From an uncultured Riemerella sp. (lineage in GTDB: Bacteria > Bacteroidota > Bacteroidia > Flavobacteriales > Weeksellaceae): 64,000 nucleotides of DNA. A program made the position numbers and the translations under genes. Location of the stretch: assembly GCA_938037185.1 (NCBI GenBank), contig CALHQK010000095.1, positions 943 to 64,942 of the forward strand, read 5' to 3'. Within the stretch, counting starts at the first letter, position 1; the number at the start of each line of letters is the position of its first letter. A model generated the notes under the pieces. It had not been told where the DNA came from and searched no databases. It saw nothing but the letters and a program-made list of their open reading frames with translations. Positions 29,281 to 38,346 of this stretch are shown one piece after another.

Positions 29281-29764
29281 ATTTTGCTGAATATTTTTCG
29301 CAAAAAGTAGTTTTCCTTTTAGTGCATTTTGATTGGATTGGTTCTTTTTGGTATCTCTTTATCAAACCTTTATTTGCAAGTCGTTCTATATCAGCGAGAT
29401 ACAACTCAAAATAAACATCCAAAATAGAATGATGCCTTTTTTTGAGCTGGGTTTCCGAAACGGATTCCACCTGAATACGCTTGCAGACTTTCAGCATATT
29501 GAGCAGTACACTCTGCCACAAATTTTTATCTGCATCAGCCTTTTTATCAGCCTTGGGAAGGATTTCTATGGTCAAACCACCAATTTGAACAACTCCGACA
29601 TAGTTCTTAAAAATAATCCCATTATGACCAATTGTAAAATATTTATTCTGATGCAGCTCATTAAACTTCACCATCGCATCAAAATGACATTTCCGAAAAT
29701 CTCCCGAATTATCATACTTTAATCTTTGATGCTCAAAAACTTGTATAAACTTCTTGCCCTGCAT
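29237..29764 (-). CDS. mcrC: McrC-like subunit, N-terminal fragment
   Basis: HNGIIFKNYVGVVQIGGLTIEILPK is typical of the McrC N-terminal region. The ORF terminates within 15 codons of a +1 frame switch to the C-terminal fragment. Confidence 0.6.
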   Translation of the reverse strand: MQGKKFIQVFEHQRLKYDNSGDFRKCHFDAMVKFNELHQNKYFTIGHNGIIFKNYVGVVQIGGLTIEILPKADKKADADKNLWQSVLLNMLKVCKRIQVESVSETQLKKRHHSILDVYFELYLADIERLANKGLIKRYQKEPIQSKCTKRKTTFCEKYSAKFGASGAVLLRTSGL

Positions 29765-29810
29765 GGTTTAATCCTTATAAATAGATATAAAGGTATCCAC
29801 TTTCCATTTG

Positions 29811-31271
29811 TCAGAAGAAGTAATATGGTATATTTTTTTGTCTTCTAAAAAGTTTTTTTTCGTACTCGAAATTTTCTGGGAATGCTACCTGATTTTCGGC
29901 TAGTTTAATAAACTCTCCTCCCAAAACCAAACTTATTTTCCCAAAATCTCCGTAGAAATATTCCTCCAAAAGCGGAATAATTTTATCCTTAAAAGCTCTT
30001 TTCAAACCGTTTAAATCCTCAATACCAATAAAATACGAATGACCAATCTGGTGATCTTTGTCTATCAGCACCTCTATTCGCTGGTTGATGGTTTCTAAAA
30101 GCTTGGATAAATCCACATCTTTATATTTCTCATCAGATAAAATCTCAGGTTTAGGCTGCATTTCCACAAAGGAAAACCTTCTCCTAAGGGCAGTATCCAG
30201 AGCCTCTACACTTCGGTCAGCAGTGTTCATCGTCCCGATGATATAGACATTATTAGGAACAGAAAACTCTCTACCTGAATATGGGAGTTTTGCCTCGGTA
30301 TGTTCTTTATTTCCTTTTCTTTTGTCTTCCTCTAAAAACGTGATGAGCTCCCCAAAAATAGCAGAAACATTACCACGATTGATTTCATCAATAATAAGGA
30401 CATGGGTTTTGGGTTCTATTACTTCATTCTGAGTATAATTATATTTTTCAATGATATAATTAGCCACAGATTTTGTATAAGGTGCCCAATCTAAAACCTC
30501 TCCTGTTTTTAAATAATGTTCTAAAACTTCTTTTTTAATTACAGCCTCATATGCTTTTTCTGTATTTGAATGAAAACGAATATTGTTCTTTGAGTTTTTA
30601 TATATTGTAAACTCTTTCGCATGAACCAATGTTTCTAAAACCAATTTATTATCAGCTGAATTATCAATTTCATCTAATAATTTTTGATAAACAACTTCAA
30701 AATTATCCGATGTAATTTCTTTTGAAAAAGCGTTTTTACAGATTGTTTTAAAAATCCCATCTTTCACCTTGTAAGTCACATTACCACCTTCGGTAATTTC
30801 GGGTTTTATGCCTTCAATAAAATCCTCATAACTCAAACTCTGATGAAAAGTCGTGAAAACGATTTGTCCTGCTTCTACCAGCTCTTCGTACTCCTTGTTG
30901 ATTTCTTTTCTGGTTCTCGCCTTTTTTCCGTTGATAATTTCGACAGCCATTTTCTTCGTGTGGTAGGTTTTCCCTGTCCCTGGAGCACCAAAAAGAATTT
31001 GATTCAATGGGACAGCTGGTGTTTTATCGTCGTTTTTCATTGGTTTATCAGTGATTGTTATTGTTTTTAATTGGTCTAAAACTTCTTTTCGGAAATCAGC
31101 ATCAAAAGCCATTTTCTCCAATTCTTCTTTGTTATACTTGAAATAGTTAGATTTTTGGGCTCTATTAAGCTCTTTCTCAATCGCGTTAAATATGGATTGC
31201 TGGTGTTTTAAGACTTCTGAAATGTTACTAAATCCATTCCAAAAAGCCGTAGGTTTTCCATCAAAATCCAA
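29811..31271 (-). CDS. mcrB: McrB-like AAA+ GTPase subunit of a type IV (modification-dependent) restriction system
   Basis: Walker A LFGAPGTGKTY, the McrB-specific motif FHQSLSYEDFIEG and Walker B LIIDEINRGN. The ORF-track start is TTG, and the frame continues upstream after a single TAA. Confidence 0.8.
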   Translation of the reverse strand: MDFDGKPTAFWNGFSNISEVLKHQQSIFNAIEKELNRAQKSNYFKYNKEELEKMAFDADFRKEVLDQLKTITITDKPMKNDDKTPAVPLNQILFGAPGTGKTYHTKKMAVEIINGKKARTRKEINKEYEELVEAGQIVFTTFHQSLSYEDFIEGIKPEITEGGNVTYKVKDGIFKTICKNAFSKEITSDNFEVVYQKLLDEIDNSADNKLVLETLVHAKEFTIYKNSKNNIRFHSNTEKAYEAVIKKEVLEHYLKTGEVLDWAPYTKSVANYIIEKYNYTQNEVIEPKTHVLIIDEINRGNVSAIFGELITFLEEDKRKGNKEHTEAKLPYSGREFSVPNNVYIIGTMNTADRSVEALDTALRRRFSFVEMQPKPEILSDEKYKDVDLSKLLETINQRIEVLIDKDHQIGHSYFIGIEDLNGLKRAFKDKIIPLLEEYFYGDFGKISLVLGGEFIKLAENQVAFPENFEYEKKLFRRQKNIPYYFF

Positions 31272-31289
31272 ATATTTATTACTTATTGG

Positions 31290-31508
31290 TTATTCAGAAA
31301 TTGTATAGAATTTACTAGCATTTTCGCAAGGTTCTATATTCCATATATATCTCTGCCCGATTGTAAAAACAATTTGATTTTTATTACTTAAATTAAAAAC
31401 TAATCTTTTATCACTTTTTTCAAGACCAAATCTTTCGATAATAGAATCTAAAAAAACATAATATTCTTCTAACTGCTGTCTATTGAATTTTTCTAAATTG
31501 AGTTCCAT
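31290..31508 (-). CDS. Putative detached N-terminal segment of McrB (same frame, separated by one in-frame TAA)
   Basis: The 72-aa ORF ends at a TAA six codons upstream of the McrB start, in the identical reading frame (coordinate difference 1479 = 3x493). Confidence 0.4.
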   Translation of the reverse strand: MELNLEKFNRQQLEEYYVFLDSIIERFGLEKSDKRLVFNLSNKNQIVFTIGQRYIWNIEPCENASKFYTISE

Positions 31509-31748
31509 AATTATTCTTTTTCAACTTTTGATTAGCCACACATCGCCTCCTATATCTTTAAACTTTCTACAGAAGCAACTATTTTCTATAAAACACTCTG
31601 TTTTTTCTAATTTTTTGATTTACACAAAGCTAATAATTTATAAGTTAGAGAAAAAATATTTACTTCTACATTTTTTATTTGATTTTAATTTCTGTTTTCC
31701 TTTTCAAAATGAGGTTTTCTATAAATTAAAAACAATTACCTTAAAACA

Positions 31749-31785
31749 AAAATCTACTATAAATCAGGTGTTTATAGTAGATTTT
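31749..31785 (-). terminator. Rho-independent terminator downstream of the arginine-decarboxylase-like gene
   Basis: Perfect 15-bp inverted repeat AAAATCTACTATAAA-TCAGGTG-TTTATAGTAGATTTT. On the minus strand it is followed by TTGTTTT. Confidence 0.55.
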
Positions 31786-31873
31786 GTTTATTAATCACCC
31801 CTATTCTTGCATTCTTTCGGTTAATTCTATTAAAAAAACTGTTATAAAAATGGAAAAATAGAAACAGGAAATA

Positions 31874-33265
31874 TCAATAGCCTAATAACTTCAATACATC
31901 TTCCGGTTTTTGTTTTTCACTGAAAACTTCATATTCAAATTCTCCATTATCATTTTTGGTAATCAAAATATGTCTCGGCTGAGGAATTAAGCAATGATGC
32001 ACGCCTCCAAAACCACTAATAGTTTCCTGATAAGCCCCCGTATTGAAAAAACCAATATACAAAGGTTTGGTGTCACTGAATATGGGCAGATAAATAGCAT
32101 TGGTATGCTGTTCAGAATTATAGTAATCTTCTGAGTCACAGGTAAGTCCTCCCAAAAAAACTCTTTCGTAGGAGTCTTCCCAGCGGTTCAGCGGCAGCAT
32201 GATGAAATGTCTGGAAATAGCCCAAGTATCCGGTAAAGTAGTCATAAAACTACTATCTATCATGTCCCATTTTTCTCTGTCGTTCTGTCTTTTCTGACTA
32301 ATAATCTGGTAAAGGTTAGCCCCGCTCTCTCCTACCGTAAATGAGCCAAATTCAGTGTAAATATTCGGTTCTTCCACGCCTTCCTCTTCGCAGAATTTTT
32401 TAATTTGAGAAACAATTTCATTGACCATATATTCATAGTCATAGTCGAAATTTAAAGAAGTTTTTATGGGAAATCCACCGCCTATATTGAGCGAATCCAC
32501 TTCTGGAGCAATTTTTTTCAAACGGGCATAAACTCTAAGGCATTTGAATAATTCATTCCAATAATAAGCCGTATCTTTTATTCCTGTATTGATGAAAAAA
32601 TGAAGCATTTTCAGCCTTGCATTAGGATGCTCGGCTATTTTTTGGCTGTAATATGGGATTATGTCCTTATACCCAATTCCTAACCTTGAGGTATAAAACT
32701 CAAATTTAGGCTCTTCCTCCGAAGCAATCCGAATTCCTATATTAAATGTAGTATCAATGCTTTCTGTCAGTTTGTCCAGCTCACGATAATTATCAATAAT
32801 CGGCGTTACATTCTCAAAGCCGTCATTGATGAGATTGGATATTTTTTCAAGGTAATCATCCGTCTTAAATCCGTTGCATATTACCTCTATATCCTTATTT
32901 ACGCGCCCTTTTTCGTAAAGTTTTTTCACAATATCAACATCAAAAGTAGAAGAAGTTTCTATGCTGATATTATTTTTCAAAGCCTCTTCCAGCACAAACG
33001 AAAAATGGCTGGATTTCGTGCAGTAGCAGTACTTGTAGTCCTTTTTGTATTCATTTTTTTCAATAGCTTCTGCAAACCACTTCTTAGCCCGTTGAATATT
33101 TTGTGAAATCTTGGGCAAGTAGCTTATTTTCAGTGGAGTGCCGAATTTTTCAACGACATGCATTAGATTAATCCCATGAAAATGAAGGCTATCACTCTCA
33201 TAATCAAACTCTTCCTGAGGAAAATAAAGAGTCTGGTCTATCAGCTCTGAGTATTTTATTTTCAT
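31874..33265 (-). CDS. Arginine decarboxylase-like PLP enzyme (Flavobacteria-type ~460-aa SpeA family; assignment tentative)
   Basis: The N-terminus MKIKYSELIDQTLYFPQEEF...HFHGINLM...GTPLKISYLPKI resembles the short arginine decarboxylases annotated in Flavobacteriia. I could not verify the PLP-lysine context. Confidence 0.5.
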   Translation of the reverse strand: MKIKYSELIDQTLYFPQEEFDYESDSLHFHGINLMHVVEKFGTPLKISYLPKISQNIQRAKKWFAEAIEKNEYKKDYKYCYCTKSSHFSFVLEEALKNNISIETSSTFDVDIVKKLYEKGRVNKDIEVICNGFKTDDYLEKISNLINDGFENVTPIIDNYRELDKLTESIDTTFNIGIRIASEEEPKFEFYTSRLGIGYKDIIPYYSQKIAEHPNARLKMLHFFINTGIKDTAYYWNELFKCLRVYARLKKIAPEVDSLNIGGGFPIKTSLNFDYDYEYMVNEIVSQIKKFCEEEGVEEPNIYTEFGSFTVGESGANLYQIISQKRQNDREKWDMIDSSFMTTLPDTWAISRHFIMLPLNRWEDSYERVFLGGLTCDSEDYYNSEQHTNAIYLPIFSDTKPLYIGFFNTGAYQETISGFGGVHHCLIPQPRHILITKNDNGEFEYEVFSEKQKPEDVLKLLGY

Positions 33266-33357
33266 TAATGCTAATAAAATTTTAAAATATTAAATTAAGT
33301 ATGCAAAGGTCTGAAAAAAATTGATTTATTCATAATTAAATTTTAATATTTTTATTT

Positions 33358-34452
33358 CTAACCTCCCAGTTCGTTGTAAACTTTCATCAAGTCCCTGAAA
33401 ATCTGCTCATCGGTAAATTTTTGAACAAAATCAAGTCCTTTTTCTGCTCGAAATCTGCATTCCTCAGGATTATCCCATAACTGTTTGATTTTAACCCGAA
33501 TATCCTCCACATCCAGCGGATTGACATACAGAGATTGTTCTCCCCCAGCCTCTGGAAGACAGCTCGTATTGCTGGTAATAACAGGCGTTTCTGAAAACAA
33601 AGCCTCTATCACAGGAATACCAAAGCCCTCAAATAAACTTGGATAAATGAAAATCTCCGCCAAACGATAAATTCCCGCCAGCTCCTGCATAGAAACATTC
33701 TCCAAAAACAAGGCTTTTACTTTATTTTTTGCTAGTTCCTGCTCTATTTTTTGGAAATATTTTGTTTTCTTTCCTACCGCAACCAGCGGAATATCAGTCC
33801 CTTGCAGAGCCTTCACCACCGAAAGCAGGTTTTTCCTCTCCTCTATAGTTCCCACATTTAGGAGAAACCTATCTGGAAGACCGAATTTTTGTTTTATTTC
33901 TTTCAGCTGTTCTTCGGAATATTTTTCCTTAAAAGCCTGATGACAGCCCTGATAAACCACCCTGATTTTTTCTTCTGGAATTTTCAGAAATTCCATAATG
34001 TCCCTTTTGGTCTGCTCGGATATTGTGATGACTAAATCTGCCATCTCTGTAGCTTTTTTAAACTTCCAAAAATGGATTTTCCTGTCAAAAAACGAATACA
34101 ATTCTGGATAGCGCACAAAAATCAAATCATGTATGGTCACGATTTTTTTTATCGGTTTTTCGTTCCATTTTAGAGGAAGTTCTCCCGAAAGTCCATGGAA
34201 AATATTTGCTCCCAAATTCTGCGCATCCACGCCCATTTTAAACTGTCTTGCGAGCATTCCTTTTGAAACGGAAGCATAGGAAACATTAGGAAGGGACAAA
34301 ATTTCCTTTCCTCTTTGGCTTTGTTTTTCGGCTAAAAGGACAAACTCATCTTCTGGCGAATATTTCGCTAAAATCCTTACCAAATCACGAGAATAATTCC
34401 CAAGCCCAGAAGTATTGTGAAAAAACCTTTTGGCATCAAATGCTATTTTCAT
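33358..34452 (-). CDS. Glycosyltransferase family 4 (GT-B, group 1)
   Basis: C-terminal EX7E-type motif region PSLFEGFGIPVIEAL. Confidence 0.8.
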   Translation of the reverse strand: MKIAFDAKRFFHNTSGLGNYSRDLVRILAKYSPEDEFVLLAEKQSQRGKEILSLPNVSYASVSKGMLARQFKMGVDAQNLGANIFHGLSGELPLKWNEKPIKKIVTIHDLIFVRYPELYSFFDRKIHFWKFKKATEMADLVITISEQTKRDIMEFLKIPEEKIRVVYQGCHQAFKEKYSEEQLKEIKQKFGLPDRFLLNVGTIEERKNLLSVVKALQGTDIPLVAVGKKTKYFQKIEQELAKNKVKALFLENVSMQELAGIYRLAEIFIYPSLFEGFGIPVIEALFSETPVITSNTSCLPEAGGEQSLYVNPLDVEDIRVKIKQLWDNPEECRFRAEKGLDFVQKFTDEQIFRDLMKVYNELGG

Positions 34453-35228
34453 TATTTTTTGCTTTCGTTTTGTATTAAATCTCTATAAAGACCTGTTTTC
34501 CAACCTTTTTTGTTGATAAATTTCAATAATTCATCAAAGCGCTGTATCATTTCTTTTCCTGAATTTCGCATCACATAAGCTGGAAAATTAAATTCCTTTT
34601 GATGCAAATCGGTAAATTCCCACGGATGAAAATACAAGGCAGCGTATTTCGTTGATTTTACGCACTTTGCTAATAAAAATTTATAAATCCATAATGGAAA
34701 ATTATGAAACGAAAGCCAAAAAAGCGGAATTCTAAACCAGCTCACAGCCGTTGGTATCTGCCACAAGCCGTTTTCATTGAAAAATCGTTTGGAAACATGG
34801 AGTTTATTGTATCTCCCAGGTAAAAGAGTGGGATTTACAGAAGAATTGTACTCAAAACCTGCTTTTTTCACTTCCTTGGAATCCACTTCGCGCATTCTGG
34901 GCATTCGCAGACCTTTTATCTCTACATTAAATTGATTTTCAAGCGCTTCTTTGGACATTTTCAAATGTTCGTTCTCAAAATCAGAATGATAATAAGTATG
35001 AGAAGCCAGCTCGTGCCCCTCTGAAATGAGCCTTTCTATAAGGTCTGGAACCTGCTGTGCAAAAACAACTGTCGAGAAAAAAGTTGCCTTCGCATTATGC
35101 TTTTTCAAAACATCCAAAATGGAAATCAATCCCAGCCGAGAAATTGCTATTTGCCTTTGGAAATCAATATCATAGCCATATTCCTTCGGCATATCAAATT
35201 CTTCTATATCAAAACTTAGGTAAATCAT
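34452..35228 (-). CDS. Polysaccharide deacetylase-like / ArnD-LgmC-like protein (tentative)
   Basis: 258 aa. It opens MIYLSFDIEEFD, resembling the DxD start of NodB-homology deacetylases, and has His-rich patches (HTYYHSDFENEH). It lies within a glycosyltransferase cluster. Confidence 0.45.
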   Translation of the reverse strand: MIYLSFDIEEFDMPKEYGYDIDFQRQIAISRLGLISILDVLKKHNAKATFFSTVVFAQQVPDLIERLISEGHELASHTYYHSDFENEHLKMSKEALENQFNVEIKGLRMPRMREVDSKEVKKAGFEYNSSVNPTLLPGRYNKLHVSKRFFNENGLWQIPTAVSWFRIPLFWLSFHNFPLWIYKFLLAKCVKSTKYAALYFHPWEFTDLHQKEFNFPAYVMRNSGKEMIQRFDELLKFINKKGWKTGLYRDLIQNESKK

Positions 35229-35239
35229 TTTTGTAATTA

Positions 35240-35644
35240 TTAGTTTCCTCTGTAAGTAGAATAGCCATACGGAGACAATGTAATCGGGATATGGTAATGC
35301 TGAGTATCCTTTATCTCAAAAACTACTTCTATAAAAGGGTAAAAAGTTTTTTGTTTCAATCGCTCAAAATAAGGGACAATATGAAAAGTAAGTTTATAGA
35401 TTCCGTTATTATTTTTACCCGATTCCTCTTTCAAAAATTCCTTAATTCTCCCATTATTATCCGTGTATTTTTCGTCTATCACTACCCAATTTTGATTTTT
35501 ATCTTGCTTGGATAAACTTATTTTTACATTCGGAGCAGGTTTTCCTTGTGAAATATCCAAAATATGACTTGACAATTGATATTTTTCTTGCGCCTGAATA
35601 AATGAGCTGAAAAACAACAGCGACATTAAAATTATATTTCTCAT
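35240..35644 (-). CDS. Transthyretin-family protein (5-hydroxyisourate hydrolase-like) with signal peptide
   Basis: SSHILDISQGKPAPNVKISL matches the HIUase/transthyretin N-terminal motif. The C-terminal YSTYRGN resembles the family's YRGS signature. Confidence 0.65.
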   Translation of the reverse strand: MRNIILMSLLFFSSFIQAQEKYQLSSHILDISQGKPAPNVKISLSKQDKNQNWVVIDEKYTDNNGRIKEFLKEESGKNNNGIYKLTFHIVPYFERLKQKTFYPFIEVVFEIKDTQHYHIPITLSPYGYSTYRGN

Positions 35645-35660
35645 TTTTATATATTTTTAT

Positions 35661-36596
35661 TTACAAATTCTCTTCTTGAATGATATAACTTGGTCTTTCT
35701 TTGGTTTGTTTAAAGATTTTTCCGATATAAATTCCGATAATTCCTAAGATAATGAGTTGCAAACCTCCAAAAAATACGATGGTCATTATCAGAGATGCCC
35801 AGCCCGATATCTCAGAGCCATTGATAAAAGCAAAAATCACATAAGGAATGTACAAAACAGATAAACATGAAAAGAAAAAGCCCAAAAGCACCGCAAAATA
35901 CAAGGGTTTCACACTAAAAGCCGTCACTCCTGCCAAAGCCAAATGAAGCATTTTTTTCATCGTGTATTTGGTCTGTCCTGCAAAACGAGCTTGTGCCGTG
36001 TAAGGCAAATATACCTGCTGAAAGCCTACCCAAGGGACTATTCCACGCAGGAAAGGTTCGTTTTCGTTCATAGAGCGAATAACCTTTACCACTGCTTGGT
36101 CTAACAAACGAAAATCTGCCGAACCTTCTTTTATCTCAATATCGGAAAGTAAATTTAGAATTTTATAAAACTGTTGTGATGTTTGCTGTTTTTTCTTCGA
36201 AATTTCAGCAGGATAAGTCCGCAGTGTGGCTACCACTTGGTTGCCTTCTTCCCATTTCTGGATAAGTTCTGGAAGGAGAGCAGGCGGATGCTGTAAATCA
36301 CAATCCATCGATATAACCGCATCGCCGAAAGCGTGGTCAAGCCCTGCTTTTACAGCTAGCTGATGCCCAAAATTCCGTGAAAATGAAATATATTTTACAT
36401 TTTCATCCTCGCTGCTTAGTTTTTTTAGAACTTGAAGGGAATTGTCTGAACTTCCATCATTTACATAAATCAAAGAATATGAATATTCTGGCAATTTTTC
36501 AGAAAAAACGCCCTTAATGGCCTCATACAGCGGAATAATATTTTCGCTTTCGTTATAACATGGAACGATGATATCTATTTTCTTCATTTTCTTCAA
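35661..36596 (-). CDS. GT2 polyprenyl-phosphate glycosyltransferase (ArnC/DPM1-like) with C-terminal TM helices
   Basis: IIVPCYNESENI, VNDGSSDNS and DCDLQHPP motifs, plus two C-terminal hydrophobic helices. Confidence 0.8.
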   Translation of the reverse strand: MKKMKKIDIIVPCYNESENIIPLYEAIKGVFSEKLPEYSYSLIYVNDGSSDNSLQVLKKLSSEDENVKYISFSRNFGHQLAVKAGLDHAFGDAVISMDCDLQHPPALLPELIQKWEEGNQVVATLRTYPAEISKKKQQTSQQFYKILNLLSDIEIKEGSADFRLLDQAVVKVIRSMNENEPFLRGIVPWVGFQQVYLPYTAQARFAGQTKYTMKKMLHLALAGVTAFSVKPLYFAVLLGFFFSCLSVLYIPYVIFAFINGSEISGWASLIMTIVFFGGLQLIILGIIGIYIGKIFKQTKERPSYIIQEENL

Positions 36597-37734
36597 AATT
36601 TAAAAAACACATTTCCCAAATGATACTCAGCCAAATAAGCGCTGGTGGAACCGCCCGTAAAGAATACCGAATAATATAAGGCTCTTTCAGTGGTTTGAAT
36701 ATATCCGTCGGAGAAAGTGACGCTAAAATAGCTAAGGATAATAAAATGATTTTCAATGTTTTATTTTTATTTGGAGTAGAAACAAACCAAATGCCTATTC
36801 CTACATAAGCGATGATATAAGTGCTATTTTCTGTCCCTGTGCTGAACAAACAAAGAAATATACTCACCGAAGCTAATAATAACAATCTGAACCTTATATT
36901 TTTATACGGATTTATTCGCAAATAAGGCAGTGCAAATAAAACTAGTCCAATAGCAATCACCACCAAATTATTATTATAAATTCCCGTTCGCTGCAAAAAT
37001 CCTAATAGAGAAAGATTTTGCAAATTATAATGCGAAGTATCTAAGTTTGAACCGTTTTTCTCCGAAAGAGAAATATACCATTCGTGATATTGAGAAATAA
37101 CATAATCCGTTGAGGAATAAAGCATTGGCAAGCAAAACAACAACCCAAGCCACAGCAATCCAGACCATACAAAACGCCATTTGTCTTTGGCAAAAAAGAA
37201 AAATGCCAGACCTACAATCCCGTAAAGTTTTGTTAAAAGCCCGATAACAATAAACAGCGTAGCCCAGTGGCTTTTCCCTTTTTCAATGAAAACAAACGCC
37301 CCCAAAAGCAGCGCTATAATGCTGATATTGAATTGCTGCATCGCTGCTGCAGTATATAAATCGTGAGTAGAGATGAATAAAACGCTTATAATTGCCCATT
37401 TAGGGAGAGGAAGTTGGCGAATAGCCCAATACAAAAACGCTGAATTAGCCAAAATCCATAACGAACAGCCAAGCCAATTAGGCAAAACAGCAAAAGGCGC
37501 TATAATCCCGCTGAAAAATATCCCATAATGATTCATATCAAAATATTCCTCCGGATATGGAACATAAAGCGGAAGCTGCTGTATCGTATGCCAGAAAACT
37601 CCTTTGAATATCAGATAGTTATTGTGCTTTTCTGGTCGAAAAGCCGTCTGGAGAACAGCCACCAATGACAATCCAAACCACAAAGCAGTAATAAAACGAT
37701 AATTCTGAAAGAACTTTTTTATCATTAAATTCAT
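36553..37734 (-). CDS. Polytopic membrane glycosyltransferase-like protein (GT87/DUF2029-like; ArnT-like role possible)
   Basis: 393 aa with about 10 TM helices. It overlaps the GT2 gene by 44 nt, which suggests translational coupling. Confidence 0.45.
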   Translation of the reverse strand: MNLMIKKFFQNYRFITALWFGLSLVAVLQTAFRPEKHNNYLIFKGVFWHTIQQLPLYVPYPEEYFDMNHYGIFFSGIIAPFAVLPNWLGCSLWILANSAFLYWAIRQLPLPKWAIISVLFISTHDLYTAAAMQQFNISIIALLLGAFVFIEKGKSHWATLFIVIGLLTKLYGIVGLAFFFFAKDKWRFVWSGLLWLGLLFCLPMLYSSTDYVISQYHEWYISLSEKNGSNLDTSHYNLQNLSLLGFLQRTGIYNNNLVVIAIGLVLFALPYLRINPYKNIRFRLLLLASVSIFLCLFSTGTENSTYIIAYVGIGIWFVSTPNKNKTLKIILLSLAILASLSPTDIFKPLKEPYIIRYSLRAVPPALIWLSIIWEMCFLNFEENEENRYHRSML

Positions 37735-38011
37735 AAAATTTAGCTAAACGGAGCGAAGATACGAATAAATGAGATTAAAATCGTCCTTTAATTTTAATTT
37801 TTTCAGCTAACTCACCTTCTTTCCAATCGCTTTATTCTAAAAATGGAATCCCATTCGCCAAATTTCTAATAATATTTTGTTTTATTAAATTAACTTTTCC
37901 CTTCTTTAATAGTTTGCAAATATACTCCCCTATTTATTATCTATATTTAAATCTTTTGTGAGTACTTCGCTAAATTCCTCTACATCTTTCACTCCTTTGG
38001 TTATTAAATTT

Positions 38012-38314
38012 TCACTTCCATTCACTATAAATTTGATACATAAAATACAGCCCTATTCCCATAAAAAACAACCCTCCTAAAAATCCTATAAAACGGGCAG
38101 TATCCCTCCCCATATAGCGGCTTATCTGCCCCATAGTCCAGTTGTTTTGATAATGTTCATCAGGTTCATACAACCAGTCCCAGTCCTTTACTGCTCCCAA
38201 AACCAAACAAACCCCAAAGACAAAAGACATAAGCGAAAGCACTCCCCCAAATGCTAAAGGATTTTCTTTTATCCAATTTTTCAGCTCTTCCATGTTCTCT
38301 ATTTTTTTTAACAA
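38012..38314 (-). CDS. Hypothetical small membrane protein
   Basis: 100 aa with two hydrophobic helices. Confidence 0.35.
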   Translation of the reverse strand: MLKKIENMEELKNWIKENPLAFGGVLSLMSFVFGVCLVLGAVKDWDWLYEPDEHYQNNWTMGQISRYMGRDTARFIGFLGGLFFMGIGLYFMYQIYSEWK

Positions 38315-38346
38315 AAAAGCGCCCTAATTAGAGCGCTTTAAATATA

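Noticed and set aside
31483-31794. 103-aa plus-strand ORF in the AT-rich spacer upstream of mcrB
   Set aside because: The peptide is low-complexity L/F/I-rich. The region contains the terminator hairpin and probable promoter of the flanking genes. This is a typical spurious ORF in AT-rich DNA.
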